From Marine Group II euryarchaeote MED-G37 (GTDB lineage: Archaea > Thermoplasmatota > Poseidoniia > Poseidoniales > Thalassarchaeaceae), in NCBI GenBank assembly GCA_002457555.1, contig NTJQ01000006.1, forward strand, positions 4,468-68,467: DNA of 64,000 nucleotides, in the 5' to 3' direction. The notes beneath the pieces were generated by a model, which did no database searches, had not been told where the DNA came from, and worked only from the letters and a program-made list of their open reading frames with translations. The stretch's first letter is position 1, and every line of letters starts with the position of its first letter. Of this stretch, positions 37,868 to 47,619 are shown piece after piece. The translations under genes and the position numbers were made by a program.

Positions 37868-40225
37868 TTAGTCCTTCCACCATTGGTCATTTTTGGGAAG
37901 GATCTCAAAGTCATCTTGGCTATCCAAAGTGAATCGATTATCTGAGAAAACACGTATGCTCCAGCGGCCCTCGGATTTTTCATAGAATCTTGCTTTGTTC
38001 ACATCTATGTCCCTCAGCCAGTGCCAACGAACACTCTCCTCTCCATAATCGGAGTCTTCGCCGCCACGAGGATAGATACCTACCCAAGCATCGTTGCTAG
38101 TGGGAGGATTGTTGATTCTGAAATACACGCCCTTGTTGGTGGTCGCCTCTAAAATATCGATACTCGATTTTTGACTGCCCTCTTTTTTCCTGTGTCTACT
38201 GCCCCCCCAGATCATTAACAGGCTGATTAACGCGATGGAGCTAAGGCCCGTCATGATTGAGCCGCCAATTATCATACCGATGGCTCCAATGACTTCTTCT
38301 CCATCTTGGATCCACATGACGGCGGCTTTTGAGCCATCAGAATATTCTGCACTAATCGTTGTGGTGCCTTTCATACAACCGTGGCATGCTTGTCCCATTT
38401 TGATGAGGTTTCTTCCTTCGGGATGTTTGTGTTCGACGGGATTGCTGGATTCGCATTCGCCAAGTTCGAACACTTGTCGACTTTCATCTGAAGGGTTGGC
38501 TTTCTGATACCCCGTCCATGGGTCAGACATCCAGCTTCCTGAGTGGGTGGCGTTAACGATGATGTTCTCACAGTGGTCATAGATGCCGTTATTATCGGAG
38601 TCTTCCAGTACAGCCTCGATGAAAATGATGAATCCCTGATCGCCCATGTCATCTACATCTAAAATTTCCAGAGTGGCATTGTTTTCAGATTGGACTACGA
38701 ATGAGTTGACTGAAATAGACCCGATGACAAGCAGGGTTACGCCGGGAATCAAGAGTAATACGGCGAACACGGCCGCGAATTTTATCCACCGAGGAGCGGG
38801 CTTGCCGGATTCAGCATTAGATCTGGTCCGCGAAGATATGAAGACAAACCAAGAGCCCACTGCCAAGAATGCGCCAACGCCAGTTAGAATCGCGCCCGGA
38901 ATTATCATTCCAAGATTATCCTCGCCTGTTGAGCCGGTTCCGATGATAAGAAGCGGTAAACCGGGAAGCATCAAGAATATACCGAATAAAGCCGCGAATC
39001 CTATTCTTCCGCGCCCTGGCTTTTCAGCCGTCTCATCAAGCGGTTGAGACGCAACAGTCTGAGTTGTATGGTGACTAGTCGAAGCTGCCGCAGGGAAGGG
39101 GGACTCGCCGTGTGGCTTGTTGTGCGCCGAGTGGATGGTGAAATCTTTTCTTTCGACCAGTGTGAATCCGCCGTCCGAGAAGACACGAATGTTCCAATCG
39201 CCTTCAGCCCGCCCCCCGTTTGATAACGATACGTTGTTCGCGTCGATGTCCCTGATGTATTTCCACCGTTGATTATGCGCCCCATGATCCTGATCGGGTG
39301 CGCCCGTTGGATAGATGCCGACCCAAGCATCGTTGTGGTTTGGGGGATTGTTGATTTTGAAACGCACAGGTTTGTCGGGTACTGCTTCTAAAATTTCAAT
39401 GGATTCTTGCCACCTGGCGGGAGCACGCTCTTGAATTTTAGTCGTAGCTTCGGCCGGGTGATAGAGTGTTGGTGCCGGATGTTTACCGCCAGGTGCGCCC
39501 GGATTTCCCCATGAGTCGACAGTTTCCCACCCGCCTTCACGCGGTGGAACCCCGATCTTTCCACCGGTATGCGCAGCATAGAGGACCCCAATTTTTGAGA
39601 TGATCATCCACTTGTTCCACTCCGGGCGTTGATGGGCCGATCCGCAGTCTTGGAAGGCGATGAAAATCTCAGGGTTCTGAGTATGCTGGTAATGGCCAGC
39701 GATAGTGCCCCAGTGTCTATTCTCATGTTTGCCCGGCACGAACTCGTAGTTCCCGTTCACTTCCGAGCTTCCGGCTTGAGCGACGATTACATACGAGGGC
39801 ATCGATGCTGTAGTTGTTGCAGGTTGTTGTTGACCTGTACCGCCCTGATTTACGATCTGAATATCTTCCCAACCTCCTCTTGGCGCATGATCCCGGTTCC
39901 ATTGTGCTGTGCCATTTTGCTGGGCACTCAGGTACTTCCCGTGACACGATTTCAAACAGACGACACCGTTGTCACGGAGTTCGGCCGTGAACTCTTCCCA
40001 GCCCCCCGGTGGTGCCGCATCGCGATTGATTTGCACACTACCGTCGTGCTGTGCTGAAACGTACTTGCCGTGCGCACCCCTGAGCGTGATTTTGCCGCCC
40101 GGCCGCTCCTCGATATGGAAATACTCCCACGCATTTGCCACATCACGGTTCCATTCCGCACGCCCGTCGGGCTGAGCGCTCAGGTACTTCCCGTGGACGC
40201 TTCGGAGCGACACGGTTCCTTGCAT
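37868..40225 (-). CDS. Multidomain membrane protein with an N-terminal fascin-like beta-trefoil and duplicated Ig/SKICH-like domains
   Basis: Three L(R/K)xxHGKY(L/V)SAQxxG...NRD...WE repeats, two INNPPxxNDAWVGIYP domains, 4 TM helices. Confidence 0.8.
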   Translation of the reverse strand: MQGTVSLRSVHGKYLSAQPDGRAEWNRDVANAWEYFHIEERPGGKITLRGAHGKYVSAQHDGSVQINRDAAPPGGWEEFTAELRDNGVVCLKSCHGKYLSAQQNGTAQWNRDHAPRGGWEDIQIVNQGGTGQQQPATTTASMPSYVIVAQAGSSEVNGNYEFVPGKHENRHWGTIAGHYQHTQNPEIFIAFQDCGSAHQRPEWNKWMIISKIGVLYAAHTGGKIGVPPREGGWETVDSWGNPGAPGGKHPAPTLYHPAEATTKIQERAPARWQESIEILEAVPDKPVRFKINNPPNHNDAWVGIYPTGAPDQDHGAHNQRWKYIRDIDANNVSLSNGGRAEGDWNIRVFSDGGFTLVERKDFTIHSAHNKPHGESPFPAAASTSHHTTQTVASQPLDETAEKPGRGRIGFAALFGIFLMLPGLPLLIIGTGSTGEDNLGMIIPGAILTGVGAFLAVGSWFVFISSRTRSNAESGKPAPRWIKFAAVFAVLLLIPGVTLLVIGSISVNSFVVQSENNATLEILDVDDMGDQGFIIFIEAVLEDSDNNGIYDHCENIIVNATHSGSWMSDPWTGYQKANPSDESRQVFELGECESSNPVEHKHPEGRNLIKMGQACHGCMKGTTTISAEYSDGSKAAVMWIQDGEEVIGAIGMIIGGSIMTGLSSIALISLLMIWGGSRHRKKEGSQKSSIDILEATTNKGVYFRINNPPTSNDAWVGIYPRGGEDSDYGEESVRWHWLRDIDVNKARFYEKSEGRWSIRVFSDNRFTLDSQDDFEILPKNDQWWKD

Positions 40226-40322
40226 GATTTGTCGTAAATAGAAGAGAATAAGGATGTTGTTGAGGGGCTTTCAATACAAACAACTTCAATTGAATCGGGC
40301 AATACAACATGCTGTGGGAGGT

Positions 40323-41843
40323 ATGTCCTTGGACTCATTGGACTGGCGGGAGCGCTTCGTCGAGGAAACGCCTGGAGACAGTGTCTCGGGGGGTGGGCCT
40401 AGGCAAGTCCCCGGTGCTTGTTGGTCGAAAGTCGAACCTTCTCCTGTTCCGAATCCGACTCTCAGACTATGGTCGGATGAACTGGCTGAGATCTTAGGAA
40501 TAGAAAGGGGAGGGGAGGTGTTTCTTGGAGGTAACAGAATAGCCGATGGAATGTCCCCCTATGCGCAACGATACGGGGGTCATCAATTCGGAAATTGGGC
40601 CGGACAACTAGGTGATGGGCGAGCGATTACATTAGGAGAAGTTGATACTGGTGAGCAGATTCTAGAATTACAGCTCAAAGGTTCTGGCGTCACTCCTTAT
40701 TCTCGCTTTGCTGATGGGAAGGCGGTACTCCGTTCCTCGATACGAGAGTTTCTCTGTAGCGAAGCGATGCATCATCTTGGAGTCCCTACCACCCGCGCAT
40801 TGTCACTGGTCACAACGGGTGAAGATGTAGTGCGAGATATTCTCTACAACGGGAATCCTGCTCCTGAAGACGGAGCGATTGTTTGTAGGGTTGCTCCGAG
40901 TTTCATTCGATTTGGGAGCTTTCAGATTCATGCAATGGATGGAAATAGAAGTGCGCTGCAGGCTCTTGTTAAACACACTGTGAAACATCATTTTAACGGA
41001 CATTCGATGGAGGATGATGATGGCATACTCAAGTGGACAAAACACATCGCAAGAGTGACTGCTTTGATGATTGCACATTGGATGAGAGTCGGTTTTGTTC
41101 ATGGAGTAATGAATACTGACAATATGTCTATTCATGGCTTAACCATCGATTATGGCCCCTACGGATGGATTGAGGACTTCGACCTCGGATGGACCCCCAA
41201 TACGACCGACGCTGGGAGAAAAAGATACAGATTTGGAAATCAGGCCGACATTGGAGGCTGGAATATTGCTCGTTTTTTGGAGGCGGTTTCTCCTTTGATG
41301 GAAAGGCCTGAGAAACTTAACGATGTAATGGATGTTTACTATCAGGAATACCAAGAGGTTCACACAAGAATGTGGATGGATAAGATAGGGGTCGATGATT
41401 ACAAACAAAATGAAATCGATTTGGTTGCAGACCTGATTCCGCTACTGGAGTCTTCTAATATCGACATGACTATTTTTTTCCGATTGTTGTCGAATCTAGA
41501 AGCCCCGGATGTGGGGCTGCTAAATTTCGCATTCTACTCTCCTGAGAAAATCCCTGTGAAGAAATGGAATGAATGGGTGAATAGATGGTGGGAGTGTACG
41601 AAGGGCGCACCAAATAGAGGAAAAATGAGGAGTGTTAATCCTAAATTTGTCCTAAGAAATTGGATGGCTCAATTGGCCATAGATGCCGCAGAAAAGGGCG
41701 ATTATACTGTTGCGGAAGAACTCCATCATTTACTAAAATCACCATATGCAGAGCAGTCGGAATACGAATCGAAGTGGTTCCATAAGAGACCAGAGTGGGC
41801 TGATCATAGGGTTGGTTGTTCGATGCTTTCCTGCTCAAGCTGA
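40323..41843 (+). CDS. selO: SelO/YdiU protein adenylyltransferase
   Basis: YGGHQFGNWAGQLGDGR, QLKGSG.TPYSR, HGVMNTDN, DYGPY motifs; ends in CSMLSCSS. Confidence 0.93.
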   Translation: MSLDSLDWRERFVEETPGDSVSGGGPRQVPGACWSKVEPSPVPNPTLRLWSDELAEILGIERGGEVFLGGNRIADGMSPYAQRYGGHQFGNWAGQLGDGRAITLGEVDTGEQILELQLKGSGVTPYSRFADGKAVLRSSIREFLCSEAMHHLGVPTTRALSLVTTGEDVVRDILYNGNPAPEDGAIVCRVAPSFIRFGSFQIHAMDGNRSALQALVKHTVKHHFNGHSMEDDDGILKWTKHIARVTALMIAHWMRVGFVHGVMNTDNMSIHGLTIDYGPYGWIEDFDLGWTPNTTDAGRKRYRFGNQADIGGWNIARFLEAVSPLMERPEKLNDVMDVYYQEYQEVHTRMWMDKIGVDDYKQNEIDLVADLIPLLESSNIDMTIFFRLLSNLEAPDVGLLNFAFYSPEKIPVKKWNEWVNRWWECTKGAPNRGKMRSVNPKFVLRNWMAQLAIDAAEKGDYTVAEELHHLLKSPYAEQSEYESKWFHKRPEWADHRVGCSMLSCSS

Positions 41844-41850
41844 TTGGTCA

Positions 41851-42672
41851 TCAGAGAAGGTTTTCTTCTGCATAATTTACAGCGTTTCTGAAGATTGCCA
41901 TGCCCTCTCCCTCACCGTGTTCGCCTTGATCTACATCTCTTGTCCAAGTGGCACCCAACCACGTGGAGTGGTTGGCTTCTGGGTGCGGCATCAGCCCAAA
42001 GACTAGTCCAGTTGGGTCACATACTCCTGCGATATTCCGCCAACTCTGATTGGGCGATATAGGGTATGGAAGCACCTCATCGCTCGAACTAGGGTATTCC
42101 GTGGTAGGGTCGACGTAGCGAACTGCTAGTTGTCCTGATTCGGACCAACGATCGAGAAGTTCCCTGTCGTTGGTAACGAACTTGCCCTCACCATGACGAA
42201 CAGGGACTCTCATTCTCGTGATTCCCTTGGTCCAGATGCAGGGGCTGTTAGGGTCAAACTCTAGAGTCGCCCAGCGATTTTCATAATGGCCACTATCGTT
42301 CAATGCAAGTGATGCTGTTTGGGTCAAACTGACTTCTTCGTCGCCTGGAAGTAGCCCCATCTTGACAAGTACTTGGAATCCGTTGCAAATTCCGATTACC
42401 AGTTTTCCCGATTGAACAAAACGCCTTACTTGATCTCTTAGGCCGAATCTCAGTCTGTTACCCATAAGCCTGCCACTACCTAGGTGATCTCCGAAAGAGA
42501 ACCCCCCCGGAACCGCCATGATGTGATAGTCATCTAGACTCATTTCTCCGTTTACAAGTCGATTGATATGGACTCGGACAGCGGTGGCTCCGGCCATTTC
42601 GAAAACCGCCATAGTCTCGGTTTCACAATTAATTCCGAAGCCCGAGAGCACCGCTACACGAACCTCGCTCAT
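41851..42672 (-). CDS. purQ: FGAM synthase glutaminase subunit
   Basis: PGGFSFGD, GICNGFQ, HGEG, MPHPE motifs. Confidence 0.95.
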   Translation of the reverse strand: MSEVRVAVLSGFGINCETETMAVFEMAGATAVRVHINRLVNGEMSLDDYHIMAVPGGFSFGDHLGSGRLMGNRLRFGLRDQVRRFVQSGKLVIGICNGFQVLVKMGLLPGDEEVSLTQTASLALNDSGHYENRWATLEFDPNSPCIWTKGITRMRVPVRHGEGKFVTNDRELLDRWSESGQLAVRYVDPTTEYPSSSDEVLPYPISPNQSWRNIAGVCDPTGLVFGLMPHPEANHSTWLGATWTRDVDQGEHGEGEGMAIFRNAVNYAEENLL

Positions 42673-45600
42673 TGTGGACCACCCCCCTCGAGGGCGCCTT
42701 TCCAGGCAGCCCGTAGTGAAGACATTGAAGCGATCAGAATCGCTTCGTCGCCATTTGAGATTGAAATTTGGTCGCCGACTTCAACGTCCCCTAGAGAATA
42801 GCAGGCATGACCGTTCATAGCGGCCTCGAATGCCGCGCAGTGCTGTGGTTCAACACTCACTATGATGCGGCCAAGAGATTCTCCAAAGAGTGCTCCCCAT
42901 GAGTTGATTTCTGTACAGTCGCCCATTATTTTCGATACGTCGATGTTTGCCCCGGCATCTGCTCCGAAGCAGCATTCTGCGACCGCTGCAGCCAAGCCAC
43001 CATCGGAACAATCGTGGGCACTCGCAATGAGTCCTTCTCCCATCGCAGCGGTTAGCGCTCGATACATTGCGAGGTTGCGCTCGGCGTCGATCTCCGGTAC
43101 GCGGCCGCCTATGCCGCTTACGCCATCTATTTGCTCGCGCAACATGTAGGAGAGTTCGCTCGCACCCAATTCTTGATGTGATTCGCCGCAAAGATATACT
43201 CGGTCTCCAACCGATTTGAAATCACTCGATACTGCCTTACGGACATCTGAGTGATTACCTATCAAACTGAATAGAATTGTTGGTGGAATACTAATCTTCT
43301 CTCCGTGGAGAGTCGCGTCGTTCTTCATCGAATCCTTTCCACTGATACAAGGAAGGTTGTAAGCCCTGCATACATCGTCCAGCGCGCGATTCGCGCGAAC
43401 AAGCTGGGCTAATTTATAGCGTCCATCTGGGGTTTTTGCTGACTCGACTGGGTCGGGCCAACAAAAGTTGTCGAGGCCTGCGATTAGGTCCAAATCTACT
43501 CCGACGCAGACTGCATTTCGCAAGGCCTCGTCGATGCTCGCAGCGGCCATCGCGTAAGCATCGATATCAGAATAACGAGGGACTATTCCATTCGAAATCA
43601 CTGCACCTTGAGTCTGGCCTTGAATCGGTGCGATTACAGCGGCATCACCAGGGGCGTCGTGATTTACTCCACAAAACGGCTTGATGACCGACTGAGCGAT
43701 GACTTCGTGGTCATACGAGCGAACCCACCATTCCTTACTCGCGACATTCGGTCGGGCCATCATCATAGTCAGTAATTCGCCCATGCCCAAGGCATCGGTA
43801 TTCGGAAAGGATATCGGTTCGTGTTCTGGAGGGGTCCATTCGGATTCCAAATCTAGTTGAGGGCATCCCTCGTGCAAGAATTCGATAGGTAAGTGGGCCA
43901 CAACATTCTCCCCCATTCGAACAACAAAGGCTCCTGAATCTGTGAATGTTCCAACTACCGTAGCCTCTACCTCATGCAGTGCTGCCAGCGCCTCAAATGC
44001 GGCGCAGTCATCCGGTCTCACTCCAACGGTCATCCTTTCCTGAGACTCTGAAACTAGTATCTCCCATGGGCTTAGACCTGCTTGTTTAAGGGGGACAACG
44101 GCGAGATCAAGGTCTGCACCTCCGGTCAATTCAGCCATCTCCCCAACAGAACTTGATAGCCCGCCAGCTCCATTGTCGGTGATTACTTGGATTAGTCCCT
44201 CGTCGCGGGCTTCGAGAATCATATCTATCATCTTCTTCTGAGTGATAGGGTCGCCGATTTGGACTGCGGAACTAGGGCTCTCTTCAGTAAGCTCTAGGCT
44301 AGAGAATGTCGCCCCGTGAATTCCGTCCGAGCCGACACGTCCCCCGACCATGTATACAACATCACCAGGGGTGGGCGTTTTGTCGTGCGATTCGCGTCCG
44401 TCTGGCAAGCGACGAGGCATGATGCCCACGGTGCCACAATAGACTAGGGGCTTGCCCAGATATCTATCATCGAAGATAATTGCTCCATTCACAGTAGGTA
44501 TTCCAGATTCATTGCCACCCGCGCGCACACCAGCATGTACCCCTCGCATTACGCGAGAGGGGTGGAACAATCCTTCTGGGATTTTTTCAGAGTAGTTGGG
44601 CGGGCCGAAGCAGAATACGTCGGTATTCGCAATCGGTCGCGCCCCCAGACCCGTTCCGAGGATATCGCGATTAACACCAACGATTCCTGTCATTGCCCCG
44701 CCGAAGGGATCGAGTGCGCTCGGAGAATTGTGAGTTTCTGCTTTCATGCAGAGGCTCCAATCCTTATTCCAAGCGATGACTCCAGAGTTGTCGTGGAAGA
44801 TAGAAAGCAGCCAATCAACTTCGTTTTGGATATCCAAAGTCGGCTTCATGATGTGTGTTTTGAATAGCGAATCTATTGTTGAGGCTTCTCCGGTCTCTGT
44901 GTCTTTGTGGTGGATTTTTGCTGCAAATATCTTGTGAGAACAGTGCTCTGACCAAGTCTGTGCTAAACACTCCAATTCCGCATCAGTAGGAGCATTTGGT
45001 GGTAGCCCCAATTGCTCTCTTGCTTTCCTTACCAAAGGGTCTCGATAATGTGATTGTATAGCCTTCATCTCATTCAAATTTAGAGCTAGTAAACCGGTCT
45101 CTGATATCTCGATTAGTTCATTGTCGGAGATCTCTAAATCTACAATCGCCGGTGCTGTTTGATCGAGTGCGGGTTGATGGGGGAAATCTAGAGACGGCCA
45201 TACTGATTTTTCACAATCCACTTGATCTGAAATCGAGGCTCGCTCAATCATTGGGTTGTGTAATTTACCCGCTAACCAGTCAGCAGAAGTATTGTCCGGA
45301 AGCCCCCAGAATGCATAGGTTCGCGTGGTGGCAACTGCCGAATCAGGGGTCAGATGAGGGAATAGTGTCAGTAATCCGTCCAATCCGGCTTGACCCGCGT
45401 TATCAGTGACTCCTGGCTTAAATCCTGCTTGAATGACAATTTGCGGAGGTACGGGGAATATTGTTGAGTCGTCTAGTAAACGGGTGTTGACACTTCCTTG
45501 TTCCATTACAGGGTCCGCAAATAGATCGTAAACCGTTCTTTCTGATTCTTCCGTTGATAGTTTAGCCCGGACTTGATAGCCTAGAATAACTCGCACTGAT

Positions 45601-45722
45601 TGTACATTTAGATTGTAATTTGAGGCTAGCATACTCTTGACTGAATCTCCTCTAGCATCGGGAAGGCCGGCGAGATCTCGGGTTGTGACCTCGAATGAAA
45701 AGACCGGGGTATCTGTGCCCAT
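42669..45722 (-). CDS. purL: FGAM synthase synthetase subunit with a probable N-terminal PurS-like region
   Basis: WSEHCSHK, ETHNSPS, DNGAGGLSS, SESQERM, SGKDS, HDCSDGG motifs; 1017 aa. Confidence 0.95.
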   Translation of the reverse strand: MGTDTPVFSFEVTTRDLAGLPDARGDSVKSMLASNYNLNVQSVRVILGYQVRAKLSTEESERTVYDLFADPVMEQGSVNTRLLDDSTIFPVPPQIVIQAGFKPGVTDNAGQAGLDGLLTLFPHLTPDSAVATTRTYAFWGLPDNTSADWLAGKLHNPMIERASISDQVDCEKSVWPSLDFPHQPALDQTAPAIVDLEISDNELIEISETGLLALNLNEMKAIQSHYRDPLVRKAREQLGLPPNAPTDAELECLAQTWSEHCSHKIFAAKIHHKDTETGEASTIDSLFKTHIMKPTLDIQNEVDWLLSIFHDNSGVIAWNKDWSLCMKAETHNSPSALDPFGGAMTGIVGVNRDILGTGLGARPIANTDVFCFGPPNYSEKIPEGLFHPSRVMRGVHAGVRAGGNESGIPTVNGAIIFDDRYLGKPLVYCGTVGIMPRRLPDGRESHDKTPTPGDVVYMVGGRVGSDGIHGATFSSLELTEESPSSAVQIGDPITQKKMIDMILEARDEGLIQVITDNGAGGLSSSVGEMAELTGGADLDLAVVPLKQAGLSPWEILVSESQERMTVGVRPDDCAAFEALAALHEVEATVVGTFTDSGAFVVRMGENVVAHLPIEFLHEGCPQLDLESEWTPPEHEPISFPNTDALGMGELLTMMMARPNVASKEWWVRSYDHEVIAQSVIKPFCGVNHDAPGDAAVIAPIQGQTQGAVISNGIVPRYSDIDAYAMAAASIDEALRNAVCVGVDLDLIAGLDNFCWPDPVESAKTPDGRYKLAQLVRANRALDDVCRAYNLPCISGKDSMKNDATLHGEKISIPPTILFSLIGNHSDVRKAVSSDFKSVGDRVYLCGESHQELGASELSYMLREQIDGVSGIGGRVPEIDAERNLAMYRALTAAMGEGLIASAHDCSDGGLAAAVAECCFGADAGANIDVSKIMGDCTEINSWGALFGESLGRIIVSVEPQHCAAFEAAMNGHACYSLGDVEVGDQISISNGDEAILIASMSSLRAAWKGALEGGGPQ

Positions 45723-45805
45723 GAGTTAACCTCGGTGAATCGCTCCTGTGTCATTACGTCAATGAATAAACCGGTCACAGGATTAGAATTTGAATGACAG
45801 ATATG

Positions 45806-47509
45806 TTATACTATATTATTCAAACATTGGATTATTGTTTCATTTTCTTCTTCAGAACGGACTGCGAATCGAATAAATCTAGAATTCAAAGTTATTCCCA
45901 TATTCTCTGCATCCCTAACGAAAACACCTTTTTCTCGGCATTTAGAAACAAAAGAAGATGAATTCTTCGGGTATTCTTCAGGTAATTCCGTCAAAATGTA
46001 ATTTGCCACCCCAGGATATACTCTGAAACCTAAATTAGAGAGTTGCTCTGAAAATAGTTCACGGTTTTTGTGTATTTTTTCGTATTGCTCTTTGAAATAT
46101 TCTGGGTGATTTAGAGATTCTATTGCAGCGATCTGAGCAGGTAGACTAACTGCCCAGGGGGGTATAAATTTCCGTAAATAATTAGCATTAGATGTTACTG
46201 CATATGCAGCTCTCAATCCAGATAGTGCGTAGCATTTACTCATGCTCTTACATACGATCAATTCTTGAAATTCTTCAGTTAAATTCTCTAATGATTGGTA
46301 TCCTTTTACGTACTCGATATATGTCTCATCTACCCATATGGTTTTGCAATTAGTTTGGCCGTTTTTATTGGATAATATGTCTCTAATGATGTCCTCCATA
46401 TCCCCACAATACACTCCGGTTGGACTGTTTGGGTTGACTAAAATCACTGCGTCGTGTTCTCTAGATATCGAAATCAGTCCTTCTTTATCTATCTCGAATC
46501 CTTCATCTGGATAAAGAGGGAAATGAGTGACATTGCAACCGATTAGGTGTGTTAAAATATGCAGATATTCTCCATACATTGGAGACAGAATCAATACCTT
46601 TGATTCTTCGTTAATTAATTGAGGGAATAAAGAAAACATCAGAGATGAGGAGCCGGACGATACCAGAACGTTCTCCTCTTTCACGGACCTTGTTTGTGCG
46701 ATTTTTTGAATCAATGGTTCGCATTGAGTAGGAGGGGATTCTTTGAAACATCTTTCGATATTTTTTGTGACCGCATTTGAGGCTTGGGGGCACGGTGGAA
46801 ACGGGCTATCGAGGACATCAGCTACAATGAGTTGGTCCCTCAAATCGAAGTCCATACCTGATGCGGCCCAAGAGGCTCCTCCGTGATAGCACGCATCTTC
46901 TTTGATTTCTGGAGTATCGATAACTATCTGGTCAAGTAAATTGGATGCTCGTCTCATTGCTTCATCTATTGAGAGATGCATAGGATAAAATTTCACTTCG
47001 CCTGCTTCTGAACTATGTTCCATTAGGATATTCATCCCTATGCTGTTATACAATGGAAGAGCTTCCGTATGCCCCATTGCAATAAGGTCTGTAGCGCCGT
47101 TCTGTTCGGAGAATTTCAGAGACGCTAACATCAGCTTCAAGCCTAGGCCTTTACCGCGAAATTGCTTGGCAAGAGTAAGGCCTCTGATCTCATGTACTGT
47201 GCCGTCGGGATAGAAGTTTGTTGCGAGTGTGTCCATCGCATCTTTTGTGAAATATTTCTTCATTCTAAAGCCCGTTTCTGTCTGAAAATTAAGACTAACA
47301 TATCCAATAAATTTCTCTTTGAGAATAAGGCATATGAAATGCTGTCCTGGGTCCTCCAATCGCTTCGATTCCTGTGTTTCATATTGGCTTAGTTCGTCTG
47401 AAAAAACTGTATGTCGAAGATGTGAAATTTCATCCCACAAATTTCTGATACTTTCTGATTCCGCCAACATGGCGGCGTTGGGGCGTTGGAAATATACTAG
47501 GCGCTCCAT
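45806..47509 (-). CDS. GNAT (FeeM/LuxI-like) acyltransferase fused to a HisC/CobD-type PLP enzyme
   Basis: N-terminal RHTVFSDEL and FRGKGLG; C-terminal HGG, NPNSPTG, VDETY, SMSK.Y...GLR. Confidence 0.8.
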   Translation of the reverse strand: MERLVYFQRPNAAMLAESESIRNLWDEISHLRHTVFSDELSQYETQESKRLEDPGQHFICLILKEKFIGYVSLNFQTETGFRMKKYFTKDAMDTLATNFYPDGTVHEIRGLTLAKQFRGKGLGLKLMLASLKFSEQNGATDLIAMGHTEALPLYNSIGMNILMEHSSEAGEVKFYPMHLSIDEAMRRASNLLDQIVIDTPEIKEDACYHGGASWAASGMDFDLRDQLIVADVLDSPFPPCPQASNAVTKNIERCFKESPPTQCEPLIQKIAQTRSVKEENVLVSSGSSSLMFSLFPQLINEESKVLILSPMYGEYLHILTHLIGCNVTHFPLYPDEGFEIDKEGLISISREHDAVILVNPNSPTGVYCGDMEDIIRDILSNKNGQTNCKTIWVDETYIEYVKGYQSLENLTEEFQELIVCKSMSKCYALSGLRAAYAVTSNANYLRKFIPPWAVSLPAQIAAIESLNHPEYFKEQYEKIHKNRELFSEQLSNLGFRVYPGVANYILTELPEEYPKNSSSFVSKCREKGVFVRDAENMGITLNSRFIRFAVRSEEENETIIQCLNNIV

Positions 47510-47619
47510 AGTTGCAGGGTTTCATTCGACTTCTTGAATGATGTCCCGGCATAATGCGAGTCAAAAATACAGTAAATCTAGGGAAAGACTTGAGACGGAC
47601 GTGTAGGAGGAATGACCTG

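Noticed and set aside
41815-41843. Possible selenocysteine at the SelO C-terminus
   Set aside because: The sequence reads CSMLSCSS with Cys codons and then TGA at the normal end of the family. This is the Cys-type form.
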